Positions 47,396 through 56,775 of a stretch of DNA of 64,000 bases are shown piece by piece (position 1 is the first letter of the stretch; every line of letters starts with the position of its first letter). The notes beneath the pieces were generated by a model. The model saw only the letters and a list, made by a program, of their open reading frames with translations, was not told the origin of the DNA and made no database searches. Made by a program: the position numbers and the translations under genes. This stretch comes from Candidatus Altiarchaeota archaeon. GTDB lineage: Archaea > Altiarchaeota > Altiarchaeia > IMC4 > SCGC-AAA252-I15. The stretch spans positions 96,001 through 160,000 of the forward strand of contig JBDRLL010000003.1 of assembly GCA_043813075.1 (NCBI GenBank). Reading direction: 5' to 3'.

Positions 47396-48563
47396 AGTTG
47401 TTGAATTATGCCTTAACGGCAAGAAGGTTTATATCGTAGGTACCGCACACGTCTCCGACGATAGCGTCAGGCTGGTGGAGGAGACTGTCAGGGGGGTGAA
47501 ACCGGACGCCGTCGCCGTTGAACTCTGCGAGCAGCGCTTCAAGGCATTGAAGAACGAGCGCGAATGGGATGAGACGGAGATAACAGAGGTCATAAAATCC
47601 GGGAGAACATACCTTTTCCTAGTCCAGATACTGATGGCCAACTTCCAGAGGCAGATAGGAGACAAGATAGGTGTCAAACCAGGGTCGGAGATGCTGAAGG
47701 CCATTGAGATAGCGGAGGAGAACAAGTCGGAGATAGTCCTCATAGACAGGGACATAACCATAACGCTGAAACGGGCCATAGGCTTGACGACGCTAAGGGA
47801 AAAGCTGAAACTCCTCTATGGATTCTTCAATGACGTGCTAAGCGAGGGGGAGATTGACGAAGAGCTCGTGGAGAAGCTGAAGGAGAAGGACATGCTCTCA
47901 GAGCTGATGGAAGAGCTTGCCGTGGAGACGCCGTCAATAAAGAGGGTGCTGGTTGACGAGAGGGATGAGTACATGGCGTTAAGCATAGCGTCCATCGAAG
48001 CCGAGAAGATTGTCGTGGTCGTCGGCGCCGGACACGTTGACGGGCTTAGGAGGAGGCTTGAAGAACTTGAGGGATACGTTATAGTAAGGTACAAGCAGGG
48101 TATGGGGGAGCTCATGAAAGTCGAGAAAAAGAGGAGTGTGGTGGGATATGCAGGCTACGCCATACCCCTACTATTCCTCGTGATAATAGGTTGGGGTTTT
48201 ATGAATCACGGAAGCGCTATGACTTTAACTATGCTGAAGGAATGGTTCCTGATAAACGGGACGCTATCCGCGCTCGGAGCAGCCCTTGCACTAGCACACC
48301 CCCTAACCGTGTTGACTGCATTCATCGCAGCACCATTCACGTCATTAAACCCCACCATAGCGGCGGGATGGGTGGCGAGCATAGTTGAATTCAAGATGAG
48401 GAAGCCAAGGGTCAAGGACTTCAAGAACCTGCTGAAGCTGAATAGCATGGGAGACTACTGGAGGAACAGGGTAACGCGGATACTCCTGGTGATAGTATTC
48501 GCGAACATAGGGTCCAGCATAGGCACATTCATAGCCCTACCATACCTGGCAAGCCTTATTTAA
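47388..48563 (+). CDS. TraB/GumN family protein
   Basis: IVGTAHVS, VAVELC..R, PGSEM, LVDERD.YM, VVGAGH, C-terminal TM region. Confidence 0.93.
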   Translation: MPEVVELCLNGKKVYIVGTAHVSDDSVRLVEETVRGVKPDAVAVELCEQRFKALKNEREWDETEITEVIKSGRTYLFLVQILMANFQRQIGDKIGVKPGSEMLKAIEIAEENKSEIVLIDRDITITLKRAIGLTTLREKLKLLYGFFNDVLSEGEIDEELVEKLKEKDMLSELMEELAVETPSIKRVLVDERDEYMALSIASIEAEKIVVVVGAGHVDGLRRRLEELEGYVIVRYKQGMGELMKVEKKRSVVGYAGYAIPLLFLVIIGWGFMNHGSAMTLTMLKEWFLINGTLSALGAALALAHPLTVLTAFIAAPFTSLNPTIAAGWVASIVEFKMRKPRVKDFKNLLKLNSMGDYWRNRVTRILLVIVFANIGSSIGTFIALPYLASLI

Positions 48564-48598
48564 AGCCATAAAAAGACATGCTTCAATAAGATTACACT

Positions 48599-49432
48599 AT
48601 GAGACTATACTGTGTTGTGGGGCATCCGGTCTCGCACAGCATGTCGCCAGCAATGCACAACGACGCGTTCAAGAAGCTGGGCATGAAATTCAGGTACGAG
48701 ACCGCTGACATAGGACCGGAAAGGCTCAGGGAGTTCATGACCACTGCAAGGTTCACTTACGCTGGAATGAACGTCACAATACCCCATAAAGTCGCGGTCA
48801 TCGAATACCTGGACGAGCTGAGCAGGGAGGCTGAGTTGATTGGCGCAGTCAACACAGTCAAGTGCGGAGACAAGATGGTGGGCTACAACACCGATGGAAT
48901 AGGCTGCGTACGCGCGCTATGCGAGGAAGGTGTTGAAGTGAAGGGCAAGAGCGTGCTGATAGTAGGCTCCGGGGGAGCGGGAAGGGCGATATCATTCCAA
49001 CTAGCGCTTGAGGGAGCCTGCGTGACGCTGTCAGACCGCCTGATGGATAAGGCTGAGGAGCTTTCAAACGAGATAAAGACGAAGGTCGGTTGTGATGTGG
49101 GGGTTGCTGACGCCGATGCCTGCTCGTTAGGGGAGGCTCTTAAAGACGCTGACATCCTGATAAACTCGACCCCAGTAGGAATGTCGCCAAACGTGTCCGA
49201 GTCGGTGATAGAAGCCGCACTGCTGCCCAACGACATCGTCGTAATGGACCTGGTCTACAACCCTCTTGAGACGAAACTGCTTAAGATAGCGAGGGAGAGG
49301 GGCTGCAAGACAGTGGAGGGAGTCGGCATGCTAGTCCACCAGGGAGCCGAGTCATTCAGGATATGGCTGGACGTGGAGCCTCCAGTAGACGTCATGAGGA
49401 AGGCTGTCCTCAAAGGCCTTAATCAAGTCTAG
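48599..49432 (+). CDS. aroE: Shikimate dehydrogenase
   Basis: GHPVSHSMSP, NVTIPHK, GAVNT, NTDG, GSGGAG, MLVHQG. Confidence 0.96.
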   Translation: MRLYCVVGHPVSHSMSPAMHNDAFKKLGMKFRYETADIGPERLREFMTTARFTYAGMNVTIPHKVAVIEYLDELSREAELIGAVNTVKCGDKMVGYNTDGIGCVRALCEEGVEVKGKSVLIVGSGGAGRAISFQLALEGACVTLSDRLMDKAEELSNEIKTKVGCDVGVADADACSLGEALKDADILINSTPVGMSPNVSESVIEAALLPNDIVVMDLVYNPLETKLLKIARERGCKTVEGVGMLVHQGAESFRIWLDVEPPVDVMRKAVLKGLNQV

Positions 49433-50325
49433 AGGGATCCCACCAGCTTACGGTAGTTTGAAGCTAGCCCCGCTTTGACCAAACCATCCATTTCCATGAT
49501 ACCTGCCAGATCATCTGGCGTAACAATTCCTCCGGATATGTGAGACTCTGCCATCGACTTGATTTTCTCCCAGTACACTGCGTCCATGCGAACCAGACTG
49601 TCAGTGAACAAATCATCTAAACGTGATGCTATGGCGTTAAGGAATGATAGTGGCATTGAACCCAGACTCTCCTTCTCTTCCATGCCAGTGAGCGAGAGGA
49701 AGTTAACCGCCGTACCAGTAAGGCAGATGAACCCCCTGCAGACCCCGAGTTTAAGACCGTTCTCGTATAGAATGCACCGGCCGTCGTCATCAAGGAAAAA
49801 ACACGCCCTAGCACTGCCGCCGCACCATAGCGGAGACTTCTCGCTCAGGAGGGGCAGATTGGATAGTAGTTCGCGCGATATTGGACTTGCAGGGTTAAGC
49901 GGGGTGTGGTATACGTAGTCGACACCATCCTCGGTTGACACATAGTGGGATTGACTCTTATCGAGCCTAATTTTTAGGTCATCATCTGCCTCATCCAGTC
50001 TGGAGCGGAGGAGAGGTGGATAACATGACTCCAGTATAAACTCGTTGAGAATAGGGGTCATCACCTTGTCGACCACAACACCTTTGTCATTGTTGAAGAA
50101 GCAGCAGGCCTTGCACTCCCGGATACTGCATTCCGGGTGATGGACTATCTTCTCGATAAAACGGGTGATGGAATCGTGAACAACCAGCATATAGTCCCGC
50201 ACTTTCCGCGCGGAGTCTTCATGGGGATCACGCTGTAAATCCCCTCTGCGCGAGTCGAACCATGATGCAAGAGCGCGCCTGGATTCAACCCACTGCCTGT
50301 ATCTGCCGACCCTTACTTCCCGCAT
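49429..50325 (-). CDS. YkgJ-like cysteine-cluster protein
   Basis: CSIRECKACCF and CFFLDDDGRCILYE...VCRGFIC; start position uncertain. Confidence 0.65.
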   Translation of the reverse strand: MREVRVGRYRQWVESRRALASWFDSRRGDLQRDPHEDSARKVRDYMLVVHDSITRFIEKIVHHPECSIRECKACCFFNNDKGVVVDKVMTPILNEFILESCYPPLLRSRLDEADDDLKIRLDKSQSHYVSTEDGVDYVYHTPLNPASPISRELLSNLPLLSEKSPLWCGGSARACFFLDDDGRCILYENGLKLGVCRGFICLTGTAVNFLSLTGMEEKESLGSMPLSFLNAIASRLDDLFTDSLVRMDAVYWEKIKSMAESHISGGIVTPDDLAGIMEMDGLVKAGLASNYRKLVGSL

Positions 50326-51374
50326 TTCACCAAGCCCTTAGCCATTCTAAAAGACATGCCATGCTTCAAGGCAAGCCGCCTAACGTCATCGTATTCAGGC
50401 TTACACCCCACGCCAGAGTACTTCACGCCAACCTCCTCCAGGCAACCGTCCACATTAACCGAAACACTACCCATCATGCGACGAGCCTCGAAACGCCCTA
50501 AGACAGGCTGCCTACGAACGCCCAGAGTCCCAGTCTCCTCCATGATTATGCTTGAATGCTCTTCAGGCAGGTCTGACAGGACTCTTATCAAGTAGCCGAG
50601 CCTCCCCTTCTTCATCAGGCACGGTATTACATGGACGTCAATGGCGCCTGCACCCATCAGCGACTCGATCATGAAGGAGACGTGCTCTGGAGTGCAGTCG
50701 TCGACATTAGTCTCCAGGATGAACTTATCCCGAGACTCCACAGCCCTCAGAACGTTAGGATACTCCAGCATCATTGAGCCTGCGCCAACACCGGATCTGC
50801 CTTCCGGAATGGTGCATTCATAGCGTGAGGCGATGACTGAGAGTATGGCCGCGCCGGTCGGCGTTGTTATCTCCCTGCCTGAAGTGTGCCTGACAGGCAT
50901 GCCAGAAGACCGGATTATGTGCATTGTGGCGGGAGCTATATAACCCACCGACACGGGAGTTGCAATAACCCCAGAGTCTAATGCACCCAATTCCTCCAAC
51001 GCCAGTGATGTTGAGACAGCATCCACAACACAGTCAACAGCCTCGTGCAGATGCACTTTCTTGAGTGGGACTTTATGGGCCTTAGACTCCGCCCTAGCAA
51101 GCTGCTTCAATATCTCCAACGAAATCTTCTCGCATTTACGGGAGAGTCGGAGTGACTTCACAACATTCACCAAGTCGACATACTCCCTCGACTTGGGAGC
51201 GAATTCCACGTCAAACTTCAATGCCCTCACGCCACGACGCCTGACCTTCCTGAAACCCACCACAGCAACCCTGCGGAGGACTTTCCGTATCCGCTCAGCA
51301 TCAGCACCCAAATCAACGAGCGCTGCAACCACCATGTCTCCGCTAGCACCAGCAGAGCAGTCGAGGTAAATCAT
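50313..51374 (-). CDS. larC: Nickel insertion protein LarC
   Basis: YLDCSAGASGDM, AESKAH, VHLHE, TTPTGAA, LETNVDD, MKKGR, ETGTLGVR, KPEYDD. Confidence 0.92.
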   Translation of the reverse strand: MIYLDCSAGASGDMVVAALVDLGADAERIRKVLRRVAVVGFRKVRRRGVRALKFDVEFAPKSREYVDLVNVVKSLRLSRKCEKISLEILKQLARAESKAHKVPLKKVHLHEAVDCVVDAVSTSLALEELGALDSGVIATPVSVGYIAPATMHIIRSSGMPVRHTSGREITTPTGAAILSVIASRYECTIPEGRSGVGAGSMMLEYPNVLRAVESRDKFILETNVDDCTPEHVSFMIESLMGAGAIDVHVIPCLMKKGRLGYLIRVLSDLPEEHSSIIMEETGTLGVRRQPVLGRFEARRMMGSVSVNVDGCLEEVGVKYSGVGCKPEYDDVRRLALKHGMSFRMAKGLVKCGK

Positions 51375-51841
51375 TTGTCAAACAAAAGCCTCACTTCAAG
51401 GAACCGGAGGTCATTCGGGCAAGACTCCAAAACCCTCTGATACTCGACCTTAGCCTTGTCATACTCTCCAGTGAAATAATATAGCAAAGCGAGATTATAC
51501 CTAGCCTCATGGAAGTCGGGCTTCAAACGCAAAGCCTTCTTATACGCTCTAACCGCCTTCTTAACGCTATCCGAGTCTTCTGCGAGAGGCCCGTCCTCGG
51601 TGTGGTGGAGGCCCATATTGTAGAATATGTATGGGTTCTTAGGGTCCAATAGCATCGCCTGCTGCAACAGCATTCCGGCGATGGGGTAGTGCTGGCTTGT
51701 GGAGTACTCGAGGCAGCCTGCTATGTGGCTGAGCTCGTCAGCCATCGCCTCCCGGTCCTCAACCTGGTCTGAAAGCTTTAACGCCTCCAGTATCTTGCCA
51801 TCCCCCAATAGCTTCTTGACTTCCTGTATCGTAGCCATCAT
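51371..51841 (-). CDS. Tetratricopeptide repeat protein
   Basis: TPR-like YKKALRLKPDFHEARYNLALLY; ATGA overlaps with larB and larC. Confidence 0.85.
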   Translation of the reverse strand: MMATIQEVKKLLGDGKILEALKLSDQVEDREAMADELSHIAGCLEYSTSQHYPIAGMLLQQAMLLDPKNPYIFYNMGLHHTEDGPLAEDSDSVKKAVRAYKKALRLKPDFHEARYNLALLYYFTGEYDKAKVEYQRVLESCPNDLRFLEVRLLFDK

Positions 51842-52494
51842 AACCTCGCTATCTGGTATGCCAGTACCGCAGCACCATAGCCGTTGTCTATGTTCACGAC
51901 TGCGACTGGCGTGCACGAGTTGAGCATAGTGTTCAACGCAGCCCTACCGCCCTTGCCGACCCCGTAACCCACTGAAGTGGGGACGCCTATGACTGGCACG
52001 TCAACAAGCCCTGACACCAGGGCTGGCAGAGCACCCTCCATGCCGGCGACAACTATTATGGCCTTAACGCCAGACATCTCCTTTAGAGCTGGGAACAGAC
52101 GGTGGACTCCCGCTATGCCGATGTCATAGCTTGACGTGACAATGCACCCTAATTCCACCGCAATCACCCTAGCCTCCTCCGCTATGGGAACGTCTGAAGT
52201 GCCTGCAGTGATTATGCCTATCGAACCGGTTTCAGAGACAGTGAACCCCTTTTTCCTTGCGACAATAACCCTCGCCTTATCATGGTACACCACTTCAGAG
52301 CCCTCCAGGCCGACGCGTTTTATGAATTCTGATGCGGCAGCTCCGCTGACTTTCGTGGCAATGAACCTGCCCATCTTGCCGATGAAGTCATGGGCTATCT
52401 CAATCAGGTCTTCAACAGTCTTGTATTCCCCGTATACTACTTCAGGTATCCCGCATCGTTCAGGCCTGTCGTAGTCAGGAGTCACTATCTTCAT
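51838..52494 (-). CDS. larB: Nickel pincer cofactor biosynthesis protein LarB
   Basis: R..R.G.PEVVYGE.K, AGTSD.P.AEEA, VAGMEGALP, VPTSVGYG, VVNIDNGYGAA. Confidence 0.94.
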   Translation of the reverse strand: MKIVTPDYDRPERCGIPEVVYGEYKTVEDLIEIAHDFIGKMGRFIATKVSGAAASEFIKRVGLEGSEVVYHDKARVIVARKKGFTVSETGSIGIITAGTSDVPIAEEARVIAVELGCIVTSSYDIGIAGVHRLFPALKEMSGVKAIIVVAGMEGALPALVSGLVDVPVIGVPTSVGYGVGKGGRAALNTMLNSCTPVAVVNIDNGYGAAVLAYQIARL

Positions 52495-53170
52495 CACACA
52501 ACAACCCCAGCATCGTTTTTAACTCGTCCACCGTCAACTGGCCTGGAGCAGACTCTTTCCCACGTTCAGCGCACCCGAAAGTCAGGTAGGAACCGTACAT
52601 CGGAGCCATTAAGCGGGTTATGCTGCCCATAGCGCCCATCGACAATGCTATAGCCGGCTTCTTGCCCTTCCACCGGTCATCCCACTCGTACAACGCGTCC
52701 ATCAGGTTAAGGACATCCTTCCGCTCCTTCGGCATGTACGCCACCTTACCTATGTCGGCGCCCACAATCATCTCCCTCTCAAGGGTCTTGAGTATCTCGA
52801 TTATCGGTGGGGTGGACTCGAAATCATGGTGTGCGACAATCACCTTTACGCCAGCAGCCTTTGCCTTAGCGATAAGCCCTTCCCTTAGTTTCTCCTTGGT
52901 ATCCAATTCTATGGTGACATAGTCGGAGTGCTTTAGAGAAGACTCGAGTATCCCCATCCTAACATCCTCCAGGACCTTGCAACTGCCCCCCTCCCATGTA
53001 GGCATGCAAGTGGAGATGACGGGCTTCCGTATGCCAGCCAGCCCACTCAGGTCAGAAGCATCCCGCAGATAATCCAGGCGGACTTCAACCAAGTCAGAAT
53101 CAACCCTATTCGCGACTTCCACGACATCCTTCAAATCCTCCATAGCCAGCGAGAGACATATCAAAGCCAT
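52475..53170 (-). CDS. aroD: Type I 3-dehydroquinate dehydratase
   Basis: VEVRLD, EGG, HDFESTP, GKVA, SMG..G..TR, APGQ. Confidence 0.93.
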   Translation of the reverse strand: MALICLSLAMEDLKDVVEVANRVDSDLVEVRLDYLRDASDLSGLAGIRKPVISTCMPTWEGGSCKVLEDVRMGILESSLKHSDYVTIELDTKEKLREGLIAKAKAAGVKVIVAHHDFESTPPIIEILKTLEREMIVGADIGKVAYMPKERKDVLNLMDALYEWDDRWKGKKPAIALSMGAMGSITRLMAPMYGSYLTFGCAERGKESAPGQLTVDELKTMLGLLCDEDSDS

Positions 53171-53214
53171 TCTAATCAATAAGGTAAAGAATAATAGAAT
53201 TTATATTAGATATA

Positions 53215-54123
53215 TCAGAATTCAATCCTTCCGGGCGGTATCCTACCTGGCTTTTCGAGTATCTCGTAAACCATCTGGCGTACAGGCTTGTCCTCGGTCT
53301 TATGGCTGCCGTCACCGGTATAGAGGAATAAACCGTGCGGGTAGTATTCAGGATGCCTGCGCAGTTTAACGCCGAGACGGCCAGCGATTTCCTCGAACTC
53401 CTCGCAGGCCACAATCATCGAACCGTCAACACCATCATATCCATAGGAGTTTATGTTAACCAGTCCGCCAGTCTTAACCACCCGCATCAACTCCTTAAGC
53501 ATAGACCTGCGTTTAGCATGATCCTCAACATAGGATGCGACAGAGATTAAAGCCGCCTTATCCACCATGTCATCATCCAGCGGCAGGTGAAAAAGATTCG
53601 TCTCCATGAACCGCACATTCGGGAGAGTTCCGCCAAGCTGCTTCACGTGCTTGAGGAAGCCGACTTCCTCAGGCATCTCGTCTTGACGGCCGGAGGCGAC
53701 TAGAGGAAGTACCGCCCTTAGGTTAGGCTTAGCCTCATCTATGTGGGATACGAGATGCTGGAATTCATTGGGGTGAGAGTAGGCTACTTGGGATAGTATC
53801 CTCCCGCAAGCGACTTCCTCAGGGTATGCGCTCAGACCGAGAGAATGCCTGACAGGGGTTATCTCCCCTGGCATGCCCAATCCAGCGAGGACAGTGTGCT
53901 CGCCCATGCCATGCCCAACGTCAAGGAAAAAATCCGTTCTCTTCAGCTGAAGAGGTAGTAATGCTATATAGTATGATGTGCCAAGGCCAGGCCATCCTCC
54001 GACATGGTCAATGAAGTCCCTGGTGATTTCCGCTGACGCAGGTAGTTTAGCGAACAAAGGCTCCCTCTCAAGCCCATGAACATCGGCCATCGGACCATCA
54101 TATGCCCTCCTTGAAGTCGCCAT
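53215..54123 (-). CDS. Class I SAM-dependent methyltransferase-like protein
   Basis: FLDVGHGMG, LPLDDDMVD, ELMRVVKTGG. Confidence 0.72.
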   Translation of the reverse strand: MATSRRAYDGPMADVHGLEREPLFAKLPASAEITRDFIDHVGGWPGLGTSYYIALLPLQLKRTDFFLDVGHGMGEHTVLAGLGMPGEITPVRHSLGLSAYPEEVACGRILSQVAYSHPNEFQHLVSHIDEAKPNLRAVLPLVASGRQDEMPEEVGFLKHVKQLGGTLPNVRFMETNLFHLPLDDDMVDKAALISVASYVEDHAKRRSMLKELMRVVKTGGLVNINSYGYDGVDGSMIVACEEFEEIAGRLGVKLRRHPEYYPHGLFLYTGDGSHKTEDKPVRQMVYEILEKPGRIPPGRIEF

Positions 54124-54156
54124 AATACATTAATTATTGGGAATTCAATCAATAAG

Positions 54157-54534
54157 ATGACTAGTATGAGGGTCGTCAACAAGACCAGGAACAAGGTACT
54201 GAGCGAGGATGCTGGAGTCAGGGAATCATTCCTTGGACGGCTGACTGGACTTATGATGCAAGACAGGAAGGACATAGTCATAAAAGTGCCGTGGGAGGGA
54301 ATCCTAGAGGCCTCGATACACATGATGTTCATGAGGTACGGCATATCCGTAATATGGGCGGACTCTGACATGAAGGTCGTGGATGTGGAGAAGAATGCGA
54401 GGCCATTCAACCCGTTTAAGCCTCGGACCTGGCGGACCTATAAACCATGCGGCCCTGCGAAGTACGTTGTCGAACTGGGAAAAGGCAGGTTAGGGGGAAC
54501 CAGGCGGGGGGATGTCATCGAGTTTACCCACTGA
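54157..54534 (+). CDS. DUF192 family protein
   Basis: R..GLM, IHMMFMRY.I.VIW.D, AKYVVEL. Confidence 0.9.
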   Translation: MTSMRVVNKTRNKVLSEDAGVRESFLGRLTGLMMQDRKDIVIKVPWEGILEASIHMMFMRYGISVIWADSDMKVVDVEKNARPFNPFKPRTWRTYKPCGPAKYVVELGKGRLGGTRRGDVIEFTH

Positions 54535-55279
54535 AACCCCTGCTCCTAAGGAGATATCCTATGCAGGCGCCTGAAACCATTGTTAACGCCAATGCTATGC
54601 CAATATCAACGTAGGGTATCCTCCTCTCAGCGAGTATCCGGGGGGCCTCATCATAAACCAACTCGACTTCAGGGAATGTCGTTGAAGGCGCCGGCCCTAC
54701 TGCAACATCCTCTTTCTTGTCCAAGTCAAGCCCATCCACTTCACCGGCTGCCATTATGTCTTCATACTCCATCATCCTATTTAGGGGAACATCATCCCGG
54801 CTTCGCCCGGCTTTTTTCTCAGCCTCCACGCCGGATTTGGCTAGTAAAAGCCCACCCCCATCGACAGGAGGGGCATCGCGTTTAGGCTCGCCAGCCTTAA
54901 ATGACTGCTGGACTGCAAGCGGCTGTATGCTGACTATGTCTGCAAGGTGTGTGTGAAGGCTTATCATAGAGGCGCCCAACAGTAGGAGGCTTACACCAAG
55001 CATTATCCACACCTTGGTCTCAGCCGGGTTTAAGACACCCCTGCCCTTGTAAGTGAGCTTATAGTACTTCCACTTGGTGCCCCGCTCCACATGCTCTATC
55101 AGGCCGGCGGACACAAGCTTGTCCAAATGCTCTTTTATGGTGGACGGGCTCATGCCCATCTCCTGAGCAAGGTCTGTGAGAGTCTTCTTATGGGACTCAA
55201 TCCTCTTGAGTATCTCCACCCTAGTGTCGGCGGCCAACACCTTGAAGGTCTCCCTGTCTAACGTTATCTTGTCTGTCAT
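54524..55279 (-). CDS. Membrane-anchored ArsR-type winged-helix transcriptional regulator
   Basis: FKVLAADTRVEILK, TLTDLA..MGMS.ST.KEHL.KL..AGL, KWKYYKLT.KG, then two TM helices; start MTDKI at 55279. Confidence 0.88.
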   Translation of the reverse strand: MTDKITLDRETFKVLAADTRVEILKRIESHKKTLTDLAQEMGMSPSTIKEHLDKLVSAGLIEHVERGTKWKYYKLTYKGRGVLNPAETKVWIMLGVSLLLLGASMISLHTHLADIVSIQPLAVQQSFKAGEPKRDAPPVDGGGLLLAKSGVEAEKKAGRSRDDVPLNRMMEYEDIMAAGEVDGLDLDKKEDVAVGPAPSTTFPEVELVYDEAPRILAERRIPYVDIGIALALTMVSGACIGYLLRSRGFSG

Positions 55280-55347
55280 ATTCCAAGATGATACAACAAC
55301 ACTGTTATGTTCACGAACAGCAACAAAACAGCGACATACTCCCTCAT
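55276..55347 (-). CDS. Putative 23-aa hydrophobic micropeptide MREYVAVLLLFVNITVLLYHLGI
   Basis: ATG 20 nt after TATA TTTAAATA (55368-55375); TGA overlaps the regulator ATG (ATGA). Confidence 0.5.
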   Translation of the reverse strand: MREYVAVLLLFVNITVLLYHLGI

Positions 55348-55367
55348 AGATAAATAGAAGGAGGACG

Positions 55368-55408
55368 TATTTAAAGCAGTTTCGGTTTGTTTCGGCCAAT
55401 GCCGAAAC
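55368..55408 (-). promoter_or_regulatory. TATA box plus upstream palindrome GTTTCGGC-CAAT-GCCGAAAC (operator or terminator)
   Basis: 8-bp inverted repeat 55389-55408 with an extra GTTTCGG half-site at 55379-55385; TATA at 55368-55375. Confidence 0.55.
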
Positions 55409-56721
55409 TAGACGCCGAAGCCCATCTTCTTCATCATCCGCTCCATCTTCCGGCCTCCACCCATCCCCTTCATAAGCTTCTTCATCTTCTTGTAGTAGTT
55501 CAAAAGGTCGCGGACGTCTTCTGGCCGCGTCCCGCTGCCGGACGCAATCCTGTCTATGCGGGTGCGCTTGATTGCGGACGGGTCATCCAACTCGTCACCG
55601 GTCATTGAGTCCATGATGACCTGGTACATCACGAGCTTGTCCTCCTGGAGGTCCATAAGCTCCTTGGGTATCTTAGCCTGGAAGGGGAGCATCTCCATCA
55701 GCTTGCTCATGGAACCCATATTGCCCATCTGCTCCAGCTGCTGGTACAAGTCCCTCAACGTGAACTGGCCCTTCATCATCCTCTTGGCGGACTCCTCGTC
55801 GAAGTCGACTTCCATCGCCTTCTCCAGCAGGCCCTCGATGTCTCCCATACCTAGGAGGCGGGAGACGAACCTCTTGGGGTCAAATGGCTCTATGTCTTCA
55901 ATGTGCTCGCCAACACCTATGAAGTAGACTGGCGCATTGGTTTCAGCGCAGGCTGCTAGAGACCCGCCGCCCTTGGCACTGCCGTCAAGCTTTGAGATGA
56001 TGACCCCGTCTATGCTGCACGCCTCTGAGAAAGCCTTTGCCTGGTCGCCTGCACCCTGACCGATGGTGCCGTCCAGGACTAGGATGGTCTTGCTAGGTTT
56101 GACTTCCCGGTGTATCCTGTTGATGTCGTCCATAAGCTCCTTGTTGAGCTTGTGCCTGCCCTCCGAGTCTATGATCACGAGCCCCTCATTCTTGAACTGC
56201 TTCATACCCTGGTTGATTATGTTCAACGTGTCTTTCTCATCGTTCTCGCCGTAGAATGGGACGTGTATCTCCTCAGCCAGCTGCTTTAACTGGTCGTATG
56301 CCGCCGGACGGAAGGTGTCAGCGCATATGAGGCGCGGATTCAATCCCTTCTTCTTCACGTGGGACGCGAGTTTTGCGGCGGTAGTCGTCTTACCTGAACC
56401 CTGGACGCCAACAAGGAGTATTCTGTCGCCGTCCTTCAAATCCAGTTCTACCCCAGCACCAACCAGGTCCACAAGCTCCTCATAGGTTATGCGCACGAGG
56501 TTCTCAGTCCTGTTGAGCATGCCTGGAGGCTTCTCCAGCAGGCCGCGCTCCTCAATCCTCTTCGACAAGTCAAGGACCAGCTTAACGTTCACGTCAGCGG
56601 ATAACAGCGCCTTCTGTATCTCCTTAGTATACTCTCTGATGGTCTTCTTGTCCACCACAACCGCCTTCCTGAGGGTCTTAACCGCACCCTGGAGGCCGTC
56701 CTTGAGTTTTTCGAACGCCAT
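55408..56721 (-). CDS. srp54: Signal recognition particle protein Srp54
   Basis: ALLSADVN, GVQGSGKTTT, DTFRPAA, KLDGSAKGGG, RIASGSG, Met-rich M domain. Confidence 0.97.
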   Translation of the reverse strand: MAFEKLKDGLQGAVKTLRKAVVVDKKTIREYTKEIQKALLSADVNVKLVLDLSKRIEERGLLEKPPGMLNRTENLVRITYEELVDLVGAGVELDLKDGDRILLVGVQGSGKTTTAAKLASHVKKKGLNPRLICADTFRPAAYDQLKQLAEEIHVPFYGENDEKDTLNIINQGMKQFKNEGLVIIDSEGRHKLNKELMDDINRIHREVKPSKTILVLDGTIGQGAGDQAKAFSEACSIDGVIISKLDGSAKGGGSLAACAETNAPVYFIGVGEHIEDIEPFDPKRFVSRLLGMGDIEGLLEKAMEVDFDEESAKRMMKGQFTLRDLYQQLEQMGNMGSMSKLMEMLPFQAKIPKELMDLQEDKLVMYQVIMDSMTGDELDDPSAIKRTRIDRIASGSGTRPEDVRDLLNYYKKMKKLMKGMGGGRKMERMMKKMGFGV

Positions 56722-56775
56722 TTTACATCCTTGCTAGTGGAGTATTTAGGGTTAAATGGAATATAAGTGGGGTTT

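Noticed and set aside
55280-55399. Longer start for the ArsR regulator given in the ORF track
   Set aside because: It would begin upstream of the TATA box; the family-like sequence starts at Met 55279.
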